DNA of 64,000 bases from Marsupella aquatica. Lineage: Eukaryota > Plantae > Marchantiophyta. The translations under genes and the position numbers were made by a program. Positions 52,796 through 64,000 of the stretch are shown one piece after another. The notes under the pieces are model-generated. The model was not told the DNA's origin. It searched no databases and saw nothing but the letters and a program-made list of their open reading frames with translations. The stretch lies in the NCBI GenBank assembly GCA_973895155.1, contig OZ316896.1:12442549-12506548 (forward strand), in the 5' to 3' direction. Numbering within the stretch: the first letter of the stretch is position 1; every line of letters starts with the position of its first letter.

Positions 52796-55700
52796 TTGCA
52801 CACCACAGAATTTTAAGTTTCTAGTATGTAGCTCAAATCAAGTTTGAACAAAGATTTTTGAATTCATTCAGAATTTAGCGACACACAATGTAGTGTCTTC
52901 ACATTCTAAATCACTGAATACAAACAGGAGAGGAGCCACTCAATACAAACCAGGAGAGAAACATGACGACTAGGAAAAGAGTATGTAGCAAGAAAGTGCA
53001 TTGTTTATCGAAACATAAAATTGAGGTTTTGTGGACAGGATTGAAGGCTCAATTCAAAACTGGAGAGAACACAATGAACTCAACAAATTATGTAGCAATA
53101 GAGTGCCCTGTATGAGAACATAGAATTCAAGCTTTGTGGACATAATTCATAGGAATATCAAAGCACAGCAGGCATCATATTGTAGGACAAAAAATGCCTC
53201 ATTTGAGAGATCACAGATGATTCATCATCCAAAACATTCACATTAATGGTTCATTCATATTCAGATTTTCTGGATCGCTCATACATATATTGAAGTGAAA
53301 AATGCTTCGTTGGATTCAAGAGTTCTCTATTGAGCCACCTCTTACAACGATTGGTTTTGCTGCAATTGTTGTCTCCTCCAGAATGGTTTGTAGATCTCAA
53401 AATGTGTCCTCAAATCGTTCACAAAAGACCCTTGGAGTCGTGCGTTGGGAACAATGGGAGCTATGGTGCCAGCATAAGCAAGAGCACAAGCTATGGTAGA
53501 AGAGACACAGACCTTTAAGCCACCTCAAAGCTATGGCAGGAGTTGCATCTGGGAGCACAAAACAATTCAAGGCATGGTTGAGAGCGGGAGGCAATCATTG
53601 CAGCGGGAGCGCGAACTAGGAGGCAGCAGTCGGGTTGGGTTTTCGCCGCAGCCAGGTCACCTCGACGGGGCCGGCTTGGGCCGCAGATTGGGTTACCGCC
53701 CACAGGCAGTTGCCATGGGCAGGTGACCGGGGCAGGACAGTAGCCCCTGAGGGGAGCGCACCCTGCGCGGAGGGGGTGGGCTTGCCCTCCTCCTCGCGCG
53801 CCTCTGCAGATGCGCACCCCCTACTCCCCAAAACTGCCCCTGCATGGCATGCAGCCTGAAGTCTTTGGGGCATCCGTGCGGCTCCTCACTCCTCACCGTA
53901 CGCACATGGAACCCTGCTCTTCATACCCACCTTGACCAATTTGTGCTGCTCTTAGGATGTCCAGCAAGTGTTAAAGTCAATTAAAAAAAAGGGATTGCAA
54001 TACTTGTTGCATGCACATTATGCTCATGTCCCTTTGCATTGCCCCAGTTCTGTAGTTATCTCCTCGAGATCTGCGGCCATGGTGAATTCGATTCCTATGA
54101 GTAAAAGTGAAGTTGCATCCCCTTCCAAATATTTGAATAGAGCCTTCTGACTCTCGTGGTACCCAGCCCTTCCCTATCAAGACTTTGCTTTGCTCTTTCC
54201 TTCACCTATCCAAGATTCTCGTTGGAGATAAGGTCTAAAGAATGCATTCTGCCTTTACATTCTGTTGTTGTTCTTCAAATGTAAATTATCATCTTGAGGG
54301 TGCAAAATGACAACATTATGTATAGTATCCACTAACAAGAGAGTTAAATTGGGATTTCATCCACTACATTATTTGGAACGGCAATGATGTACTAAGAGGT
54401 GAAGCTCTTGATAGTGCAATAGACTGATGATGAATTTGTCAAGTACCTGCAATAATTGTGGAGCAAAAGAATGTGAATAAGAAATTAAGGCAACACACTA
54501 AATCAAACAGACAATTTATCTCAACAGGTGTTTGGTGAGCACTTAAAATTGAAAAGAGATAAAGAGCATGATGTGACAAAAGACAAGACAAAAGCAAACC
54601 AGCCTCAATCATGCAAGAAGGGATAGACTGAAGAAATGAGAAGAATGGTGCTGTATGATTTAGGATCAAAATGCATGCTCAACAAGACAATGCTTGGGAA
54701 GAGGGAGACTAGATGGAGAGTTTTTGATTGGAACTTCTAAGAGCTAAACGCAAATATTGTGAACAGTAAGAATACATCTCTGACCGGAATAAGTCTCCAG
54801 TCCAAAAAATGCACCTCTACAGTCCCCTCGTGCGTGTGATGCAAATGCTTTGAATGCCCCCTCCCAACTATGAACCAAAATGTGTTGCATGCCGCCTTTC
54901 ATACAAAAACCCACATCTGAATGACAAAATTAAGATCAATAATATGCAAGAACTACTAACACAAGAAATGATCATGAAACCTGATGTTACATAGTGGTGG
55001 TGGCACTACACCCTAAAATTATATGATATGTTGACATAATTCATTCTATACTCACTTCAAACACATTGGTACACTTGCTTGATCCTTGTGGTAGACTAAG
55101 TTGTGGGTGGGTGGTCAAATATTGGAACAGAGCCTGGTGGACTATGCTGGGGACCATGGCGTGCTACTCACGGTGGACATCACAGTTAAGCACCACATGA
55201 GAGTTCGGAATCTGAGTAGGGGTCTATTCTATAATAAGTGTCTCAATTTTTGTGATGACCCAGTTTTTGCTGCCCGTGACATCTTCATTGACGACCGTGG
55301 GCAAACAGGGGACAGGCACCCATGGGGTCATCCACACCAGCTGCCATGACCGTTTGTGTGTAGGACGTGGATGGGAGTTCACATGATGTTTGCATAGTGC
55401 CATCTTGGTGTGAGCAACGCTTGTCAAATGTCAAATGTAGGTGCCCACAAATACTTCTTTTTGTGATTTAAGAGTGCCTTTGTCCCATTTCCTACAGGCC
55501 CATAGAAAAAGGTGTTGCCCACGATATTGAGACCCTCTAATGAAAGTTTCATGGGAGACCATCATGCCAAGCTTTTTGGCCAGGGGGTTAGTCAAGCATA
55601 TAACTCCTTGAATAACATTATAAACTTTGGGGGTCAGAATAAAGTTTGACAATGGTGTCAATTTGTCTCTTTTTATGCTAGAGACGAACATAAATAACAT

Positions 55701-56419
55701 TGTTTGAGAATCTTAGTGGTGCGAATGATGACAGTGAATGTTTGCGCCAACTAACTCCTTTGTACCTATTTATCGCCCTTCATGATTTTTCCCTTTGTAT
55801 TTTTGCATGGCATTTTGGGAGCATAATGCCCTGGACAAGATTTGGACCACCCCTTTAAGAGTTTCCTGTACTTTTAGTAAAATTAGAAAATATAGAATAT
55901 ATAGACCTCTAAGTGTAACTCAAGATATTCTTTCAAGAGCATTATGGACAATAATAACCATTAATGTTCATATTTCCAGAGCATTACAAGCAGTAATGGC
56001 CATTCAAAACTTGAGCTACATGCTTGTTTCTTGCAATGTCCTCTAAACAAGAATTTGACTCCTGTGTACCTTATCATCCCATTAAGGAAGTCCGGTTCAT
56101 CACTCACCTTTTCAATCACTTACAAGCCCACATGTAAGCAACTTTTTTAATTTACTTAAAAATAATAATTGAGGGTAAATCTGTGAAACCCCACAAAAAC
56201 GAATTTTTTGACTATTACATCTCATTAAAAAAACAGTATAATATATGATCTGCCAGTCAATTGTTTTTGTGAGAACTTGGGCTTGGTATATACATGATGT
56301 TGTCCGAACACACGGTAACATATGTTTTCTCAGTGTTTGCCAACTTTACTGCAGTGCTATGGCCGGCTACTCATCCCTTTATGGGATAGTAAGTCTCTCC
56401 TATGTGGTCTCCCCTCATC

Positions 56420-56489
56420 AACCATACCTCACCTCGACATCTTGTCCCCACCTCAAAATCTTATGTGCACCACATGGGCATCAGGCTAG
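56420..56489 (+). mobile_element. Helitron 3' terminus of the same family as 21500-22955
   Basis: CTCACCTCGACATCTT followed by GTGCACCACATGGGCATCAGGCTAG|T. Confidence 0.6.
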
Positions 56490-57270
56490 TATCCTATAAA
56501 GCTATAGCTCCCGTCCCCAACCTTACACATTCATTACATACCCCCATGGGAAGTTCTTCCAAATTTGCTGGATGCACATGTATCCACATCAGCATGATTT
56601 GTCACTAACAAGAAAAGTTAGTTGTACAGAAGAACCAAATTTGACTATTTGTGTTTGAGGCAAAGCAAAGAAAACACTTAGACGTGTAATCGTAAAAACA
56701 ATGGAAACTGAAAAAGTAACATTTCATATAAACAAAGAAAAGTGTAAAATAGGGGTGAAAAAAATAATATTTGGATGATTTTCTGGTAATCTGTTTCAAT
56801 TTTCTATTGAATTTACCAAGGTAACATAATAAACTCGAGAAACCTTTTGGTTATGTACTATGGATAGGGGAGTAACAAGCAAAGATAAGAAACATAATAA
56901 CTACTATGGGTAGAAGAAGATCAAGGGACTCTAAGTACTTTCAACTACTATGGACAAAGTAATATTTTACATGAACTGTATGAAATGTTATATATATATT
57001 GTATAGACATAGAGGTACTAAGTGAAAAGTTTTGCATGGAGAATTTCCTCATTATTATCATGAATGTATTCTTATTTGTCTTCAATGAAATTCTCCTAAC
57101 TACCTTTAAAGTTCATTTCATTTAGAATTCTCCATTTATTCTTTGTCCTCTAACTCATCTATTTATTCCAATGTGCAACTCTTCATGACTCCACGTAGTT
57201 TAATAAAAACTCAAACTAATTGTGCCTCTCTCTTTTGGACCTTCCTAATAAGATGCTCGAAACAACCTCT

Positions 57271-58640
57271 AAATTAGTTCGTGGACCCCCTAGCTACATT
57301 TTTAGGCCTTGTTTGAGTGGAAATAATGTATGTATATTAGTTTTAGCTCAAGTTGTGTGAGTCTATTATGGTCCAAAGTGATCTGGTAACACATGTTATT
57401 ATGTTGAGATAGTTGTACAAATTTTAGTGAAAATATAGGATAAATTACCTCATCCAAATGTGATTTTGCAATAGTCTTCACAATGACTAGTAAAATGAGG
57501 GCTTTTAGCTTGAGTTTTGAGAGGCTAATATGGTTCATAATGCTCTGCTAGCAGGCATTAAAACACTTAAGATATGTGAGATATTTTAGCTAATTTTAGA
57601 ACATGAATAAACCCAAGGCACATTTTGTTAGAGTTAGTTGATTTGGGCATTGGATGACACTATATTCTACCACTAAAGTGCCATGGGCACTTTGAGTTGA
57701 GAAAAATACTTTGTCAAGATCAATTGAGAAGACTGCTTTTCTCAACAACAAACCCTAAGCTTTCTAGTAGTTGAGCCCTGTTAATTTGTAAAAGATAAAT
57801 TGTCAATGTACTTTCAAATAATTGGAAATTCTGGAGATTTCATTGAAGTCTGACTTTGGCTAGTTTTGAATTAGAGGTTAATAGCCTCATGACCTTGACG
57901 CAACTATTCACCAAATGGAGAAGGGCAAAGCTAGTTTTGAGAAGAGAGAAGTCTCATTAGGAATGGAAGCTGGTAATCATGTTGTGTTGAACAAGTAGGA
58001 TAGATTTTCTCACAAAATCATTGTGAACCCATTGAGCGATGGCTTGAGCAATTTTTTCAACTGCCACATGAAACTTTGCGTTGTAGGTTGAAGTCGACAA
58101 CATGATTTATCACAAGCAGTTGTCAAAATCATGCCTTTTCGCTACATGCAACCAAATTCTCAAGAGAGTCAATAGTCACTTCGTGGCAAGTCCATTTGAA
58201 ACTAGATCAATGTCTGATCAAATGAATTGTATCAATTCATTGAGTTCAAGTTTCGACCATGGCATTTTGCCTGAATTGCAAAAGGCTAGAAATCTTACTC
58301 CATGTGCTGGTTACTCGTTAACAAGGAAATTATCAAGTTAGTTATTAGTCATTGTTTAATATATGAAAAATACTTTTCAAATCTTTGAATTTAATTTTTA
58401 AAATTGGATACGTAACTAAAACGGTTACATAGTGACAGTTTTACCTGTCTTGCTCTTTGCCTTTCTAAAATTTACATTTCTTTTTATGGCATGGCATCCC
58501 AAAATTTACACCCAAATTGACGCAAACACGAATGAAAACTGTAAGTTTGATTCACAAAACCGACGAGTCTTGTTTGTTGCGGTTGTTGTTGACGTGGACA
58601 TTCTGGTGCCACGAATTTTGGAAGGGACCCCTGGTCCGGA
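57271..58640 (-). mobile_element. Non-autonomous repeat family, copy 2 (inverted)
   Basis: The reverse complement of ~58430-58635 aligns by eye with 1585-1790. The terminal GGGGGTCCACGAACTAATTT motif lies at 57290-57271 (minus). Confidence 0.5.
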
Positions 58641-58689
58641 ACAAGGTTTTGTACACCTTATCCTCCCATTTAGTTGTGCCTCTATCTTC

Positions 58690-58888
58690 ACCGCACGTTA
58701 AATCTACACCGCGTTAATGTTCCCTGATCGTCTTGGGGCCCTGTACATTGCCCATCCCAGTTCCCAATGTTGTTGCCCGCTCCGGCGTGAGTCTGTCAGA
58801 ACATAAACTAAGACTCTATCATTTTGTCGAGTATACGGGGCCCAAGATGATCAAGGAGCATTAACACGGTGTACATTTAACGTGCGGT
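58690..58888. mobile_element. 199-bp Mutator-like MITE
   Basis: ~57-bp imperfect TIRs (ACCGCACGTTAAAT... / ...ATTTAACGTGCGGT). The 9-bp flanks TCTATCTTC and TATATCTTC match at 8 of 9 positions. Confidence 0.8.
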
Positions 58889-59190
58889 TATATCTTCTAC
58901 AGTAGAACTTCTTACGGTGCTCATCAATGGTGGGAACCAACCAGGCATTCTAAAATCTACACTTGAGGTAGTCTATTCCCAGACTGTCAGTACACTAATG
59001 CAGTCTTCCACGCAAGGATGTACCAGAGTATTTTTTTAATGTTATTTGTTTTTGGCCAGAGTGTGGAATGTTACCTGGTGTGCATTATAAATGTTAATAA
59101 GATTCCTTATCTAATTTTTGACGTTAATTTCCAGCCATTAGATCTCCCAGATTCAAGGACAACTATGAGATTCTGCATAATGCTGTTTAC

Positions 59191-60619
59191 GGACCCCCAT
59201 TAGGGGTCTCTTGCAAATTCTCTGCCATGAGGTTGCGCCACATCACCACAACCAGCCACAAACAGGAATGATCCTACTTTTAGCAATAACAAACGTGCAC
59301 ATTCCTGTTTGTGGCAAAAGCAACGTAATTTTTGGGGCGCCATGCCGTAAATATTAAACGTAAAAAAAACCAAAATACAAAGGAAGAGATGTCATTTAGT
59401 AAAACAAAGTTACCATTTTGATGTTTGTCAAAGATATATCAGTGTTTTATATCAAAATTCTTGTATTTTTTAATTGTAAATGTACATAGTTAAAATCCCT
59501 TTGGCTTCACATTGTAAAACTAAATAATAAATCTCCTTAGTACTTGATAAAATCTGTCAATGTTTGATTCATTGGAAAATTCAAGATCAAGATTTAGAAA
59601 CTCATGATCTCTTTAGTAATGTCATGATAAAATCTCAATGTCACACTCATTAGAAAGTTAGAGTAAAATTAAAAACTAATAATCTCCTTAGTACTTGACA
59701 AAATCTATCAATGTTAGGTTCATTGGAAAGCTAGAGAAATTTAGATACTCATGATCTCTCTATTTCTTGACAAATAATCTCAATGTCACACATTAGAAAG
59801 CTAAAGAGATTGAAAATCTCCTGATCTCTTGAGTACAGTGACAAAATCTGAAATGAATTTGTCAATGTCGGATTCAATGTTAGAAAGCTAAAAGAATTCA
59901 TGAACTCATGATCAAAATTTATTATACTCACACTCATTGGAAAGGCAAAGAAATTCAAAAACTCATATGGAACTTGACAAAATTTGTCAATTTGAGGCTC
60001 ATTGGAAACCCTTTCTCGATTAAGAGATATCACAATCTCGTCACCGTCACAAACTTAGCCACTACAAATTGATTTCTTTGATTACGTCGTCATCGCTAGT
60101 CCACAATGCTTGCTTCCCGGCTTGAATTGTTCGCATCTCTTAGATAGTCTTCAACTGAAAACACAGGTTGACGCCAAATGTAGCCTCTATGTCAAAGAAA
60201 CAATTGTTGGTCTTCCCTTCACACCATAGCTTTCTTAAAAATAACTACAAATCCTTTGTTTGAAATGATGGCTTGTTTGTTTTGTGTGTTCTTCCCACCA
60301 AATCGACAAGCGCTCTTTTGCCAACAACTGAGTGTTGTGCTCCAGTCTGTCTTGTGGCGGTAATGCTCAATGCAACTCACAAACAATCAATCAACAAATG
60401 GTTGAAAGATGATTTCTCCAATGTGTAAGCAAAACCTATAAAAAAACTCAATTCCTCCACATTCAACCTTTCGTTTGATAAATCTCTATCTTTTGAGCAT
60501 TTGTTTTTGTACGAGCACACACCAACACCATCGGGAGACTCAAAATCGTTAGTTACCGCCTTGATGAAAATTGATTTCACTTAATCACACACACATTCCT
60601 TGGATAAACATGGGGGTCC
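59191..60619 (+). mobile_element. Non-autonomous repeat family, copy 3
   Basis: Perfect 10-bp terminal inverted motif GGACCCCCAT / ATGGGGGTCC. The left arm is homologous to copy 1, and an internal ~60-bp satellite spans 59520-60030. Confidence 0.6.
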
Positions 60620-62431
60620 ACAGATTAATTTTGACTAGAGGATATATGAGAAAAATACGAGTTAATTTTAGTTACTTAGCCAAAAGTGAGTGATACTTTT
60701 GGTAGCGGTGTGATCTAGTGAATCTTAGCCAACAAAAGAAGTGCCCTCGTATTTGTTAATGTTTTTTCAATTTCACAAAAGTGAGGAATGTCACCGGGTT
60801 TGTGAAATAGCTGATGCTAAGAATTTTTATTATTATTATCGAATTTACCGTTAGATATCTTTAGAGTTTAGGATGGCCATCAGATTTGGGCTAATGGAGT
60901 TAATGTGGCTAGATGCGAAACTGGATATTCAAGGAGAACTAACGTACTAATTTTCGACAACAGGGGTGGCAAATACTTTTTACTGGGATAAAATTTGGCG
61001 AATTTTCGCTCTAAAAAATACACTGCACGTACCCTAAAAAAGAAGGCGCTTCGACGAACTTTGTTGACCCATGCTTCTCCGAATGATTCCCAGCATGAGT
61101 GCGAGAGGTAATAAGACAGACAGTCTTGTCTTTTCGAGCTCTCTTTATTCTTTGGTTCATTTCGTGGTTGGCTGGTTTTCTCCGCTCCAGCTCTGGCTAT
61201 GGAGTCCATCTCTCTTTTCCTTTTCGCTTTGAATGGCTTTTGGAGTTCCACCTTTCTGTCTGCTGCTGATGCTCCAGCTTCTGTTCTCGTGAATCAGAAG
61301 AATGCTCACCACATCGTCTCGTGAAGCAGAAGAATGCGCACCACGTCTTTAATGAAGGAGCTCTGTTTTTGAGGCCTTCAGTAAGCTTTCTCGATTGTGA
61401 TTAATTGTTCGTCTCTCATTTGCGGTAGGAGTGAATGAGTGAGAGAGACGCACACGCTCGAGTAGTGCACCACCCGCTCCGAACTCTATTCTCATTGCGT
61501 CCGTTATCGTGCTCGTTCGGATCCTCGTGGGGTTTTGGTGTGACGGTCTTGTCACAACATTAGCAAAATTAGTACTATGTACTACATAGTATAGCCGACG
61601 CATTCTTCCCGGTTTTCCGCCTCTCTATTTGCTGTCTTTACGAGGCTTGATTTTCAATACCATTCATTCATCCTCTTTGGCTTGGTTCTTATTCTATTAA
61701 TTCATTGATCCCCGGCTCTAATTCGCGTTGTGTGTGTGCGTGTGTCTCTTCTGCATGGTGTCGGTACAGTAGTGTTTCTGATTCTTACTGCGGATTGACC
61801 GGGCGACTGTAGCTTGTGGCGCCACATTCTTGCTCGGTGGTGCTCCCAAAGCTTTACGAAAGATTCAGTACGGTATCACTGTGGAGGTTATTCTGTATTA
61901 TAATTAATCCTGTTGGCTCTGTTCCCTGAGGTCTGTCAGCACCGCAATCGGCTGAATTTCCTGTACTATCGGTGGAGAAACATTGAAGGGATCGTGTTGT
62001 TGAATGCGGTGCGTCTGTAGCTGACCGGGAGCTTCAAACTTTGGCTCAGCATTATAATACCTCGCTCTTCTTTGCCTACCAAAGTGACTTGTCTATGCAT
62101 CGGAAAAAACTGGAACAATTTGTCCCGCAATTCGCACAACAGTGACCTCGAGTAGCATTGCCCGACGATCGCTGACCTACAAGCTAATTTCCTTCAATCT
62201 CTCCCAGCTGCTGAATCGAACCAAGATTCCCGGAAAATATCCCGGTAGGGCTATAGGAGGTTGGACTCTTCTCTGTGGCCTATGAAGAAGTGGAAGAAGC
62301 ATTTTCTCCCCCATTCGTCCTAATATTTGCCCGTCATCCACGGTGGTCCCGATACGGTATTTATCCTCCCCCGAAACGAAATCTGGGAGCTCGGGCGGGA
62401 ATCTTACTTTTTTCGAAGGGGTCTAGATCAC

Positions 62432-63969
62432 ATGCAATCCTTTGTCTCGTTGTCCGGTCCCCCGCCCCTTCCGAGCACCCTATCGTCATACAATTATCAT
62501 CTCAGCTGCTCCGCCAGAGTATTTTTCATTCCTACTCCGGCTCCGGCAGAGGATGGTCTAAATCTATATTCTCAGCGCTCAGTGAGAAATGCTGGTGGTC
62601 GTTTCTGTTATGTTCACCGACTGACGAAGAGTGGGAAGCCGAGGCAGTGGACCAGTGCAGCAAAATCTGCTGGGGTTTATCATCTGTTTTCATCACATGC
62701 AAGTTGGAAGCGGCAAGGTTTACTCCTTTCCGCATCTGGAGAGCTGTGTCGTTCCAGGAAAAGAGTTTCATTACGATCAGGGTCTGGGGAAGATTTATCG
62801 ACGTCCAGCATATGTAATCGGGGGTCACCTGTCACTCAGCACACGGTAGGAAGCACGTTAGACACATCTTCTCAAAGATTTTATGCTGAGCCACCTAGTC
62901 CCGAAGCTCGAATATTGGCCATGTCACGGGACGAAGATTCGAAGGTTGAAGAAGATCCAGTAAGCAGGAGCTCAGTATTTTTAGCTGGTCTGATGCCTAA
63001 GAAGGAAATTGGAGCGGACAGGTTCTTGGTGCAGCATCCTTCATACGATGGCCGGGGTGTGACAATTGCGATATTCGGTAACTGCAGACACCACTAGTGT
63101 GATGGAATTGGGATAATTTGAACATGTACCTCATGGCTGTAGGGTTTGATACAACTGTGTAGTCAAAGCAGGAGATGATTGGCTCGAATCCAAGTCAATC
63201 TATGTCTTTTTACTTGGTTCTTGCGCAATCTATCTAGATCCAGGGAGTTCTCTACTTTTCCATTGGTAATAAGGCAATTTTTACATGTTATGACAAGGTT
63301 ACGAAAATGTCGTTGATTTCCTTAAGGTTTTCGAAAGATGTGTCCCTTGCAAGGCCGGATTGTTTCTAAATCACTGTAATGATGTTGTCGGTTTGCAGAC
63401 TCGGGGGTAGATCCAGCAGCTAAAGGTTTGCAGATTACACCAGATGGCAAACCTAAAATCGTGGACGTTCTCGATTGGTAAGTAATCTGTTGTGTGCGTC
63501 AAAGTTTCCCATTTAGAATCTTCATGTTGACGGGGAAATAATGCCCAAGTGCTGCAGCGGAAGCATAATCACACTCAGTTTGGGGGTCCCCATCGGAAGC
63601 TAATAACCCTTCACTTCTCTTCACCGCAGCACAGGGAGTGGTGATGTAGATACGTCTACAATTGTAACAGCAGATGACGAAGGATTTATAGTTGGAGCTT
63701 CAAGTACGCTACAGGGAGTTCGCCTTTTGAGTCCTGTCTTCAAGAGAATCGTTTTGTAGATTCAAGGCATTCATTACTTTCGGCGATTCCTGTGAAGGCA
63801 GTTCTCGGTTGATACTTCGTTTTGTAATGCTGTCTCAATCCTCATTTGTAAACTTGAAGGTGCTCGACTTCAGATCAACAAATCTTGGAAGAATCCTTCG
63901 GGGGAGTGGCGTGTGGGCTCGAAATTAGTATATCAGCTATTCACCGACAGCTTGGCGTCCAGAATCAAG
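62432..63969 (+). CDS. TPP2: Tripeptidyl-peptidase II (subtilisin S8 family), 5' part; continues beyond the window
   Basis: Exons 62432-63077, 63399-63477, 63630-63703 and 63860-63969 give [12 protein letters not shown]...[47 protein letters not shown]...[13 protein letters not shown], the TPPII N-terminal signature including the catalytic Asp. Confidence 0.95.
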
Positions 63970-64000
63970 GTGCTCTGCCCGGTGTGGTCCTTCCTGACAA

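Noticed and set aside
60880-61603. Minus-strand ORFs upstream of TPP2, with a 32-bp duplication at ~61287-61348
   Set aside because: No recognisable domain or splice structure; cannot be supported as a gene.

Overview
Eukaryotic nuclear DNA from a land plant, most likely a non-seed plant (bryophyte-like). The evidence is spliceosomal GT-AG introns, TTTAGGG motifs and a clock PRR that keeps its phospho-acceptor Asp. Four host genes are visible: the 5' end of an AIPP1/EDM3-like RRM gene (1-309, -), a PRR7-like pseudo-response regulator (7426-12094, -), an RD19/cathepsin-F-like cysteine protease (34417-37315, -) and the 5' part of tripeptidyl-peptidase II (62432->64000, +). The space between them is rich in transposons: a 5'-truncated CRE-like RLE non-LTR retrotransposon with a 12-bp TSD, a decayed PIF/Harbinger element, Helitron 3' ends, MITEs and repeat families. 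Two features stand out. (1) An intron-containing Crypton-like tyrosine-recombinase element (13622-17231) abuts the PRR promoter. Its gene appears circularly permuted, with a candidate circle-junction site and a duplicated 96-bp terminus. (2) A 4.1-kb TG...CA unit with a 5-bp TSD (42276-46408) looks like a giant solo LTR but carries an intact 618-aa ORF. All assignments come from reading the sequence and recalling motifs; no searches were run.
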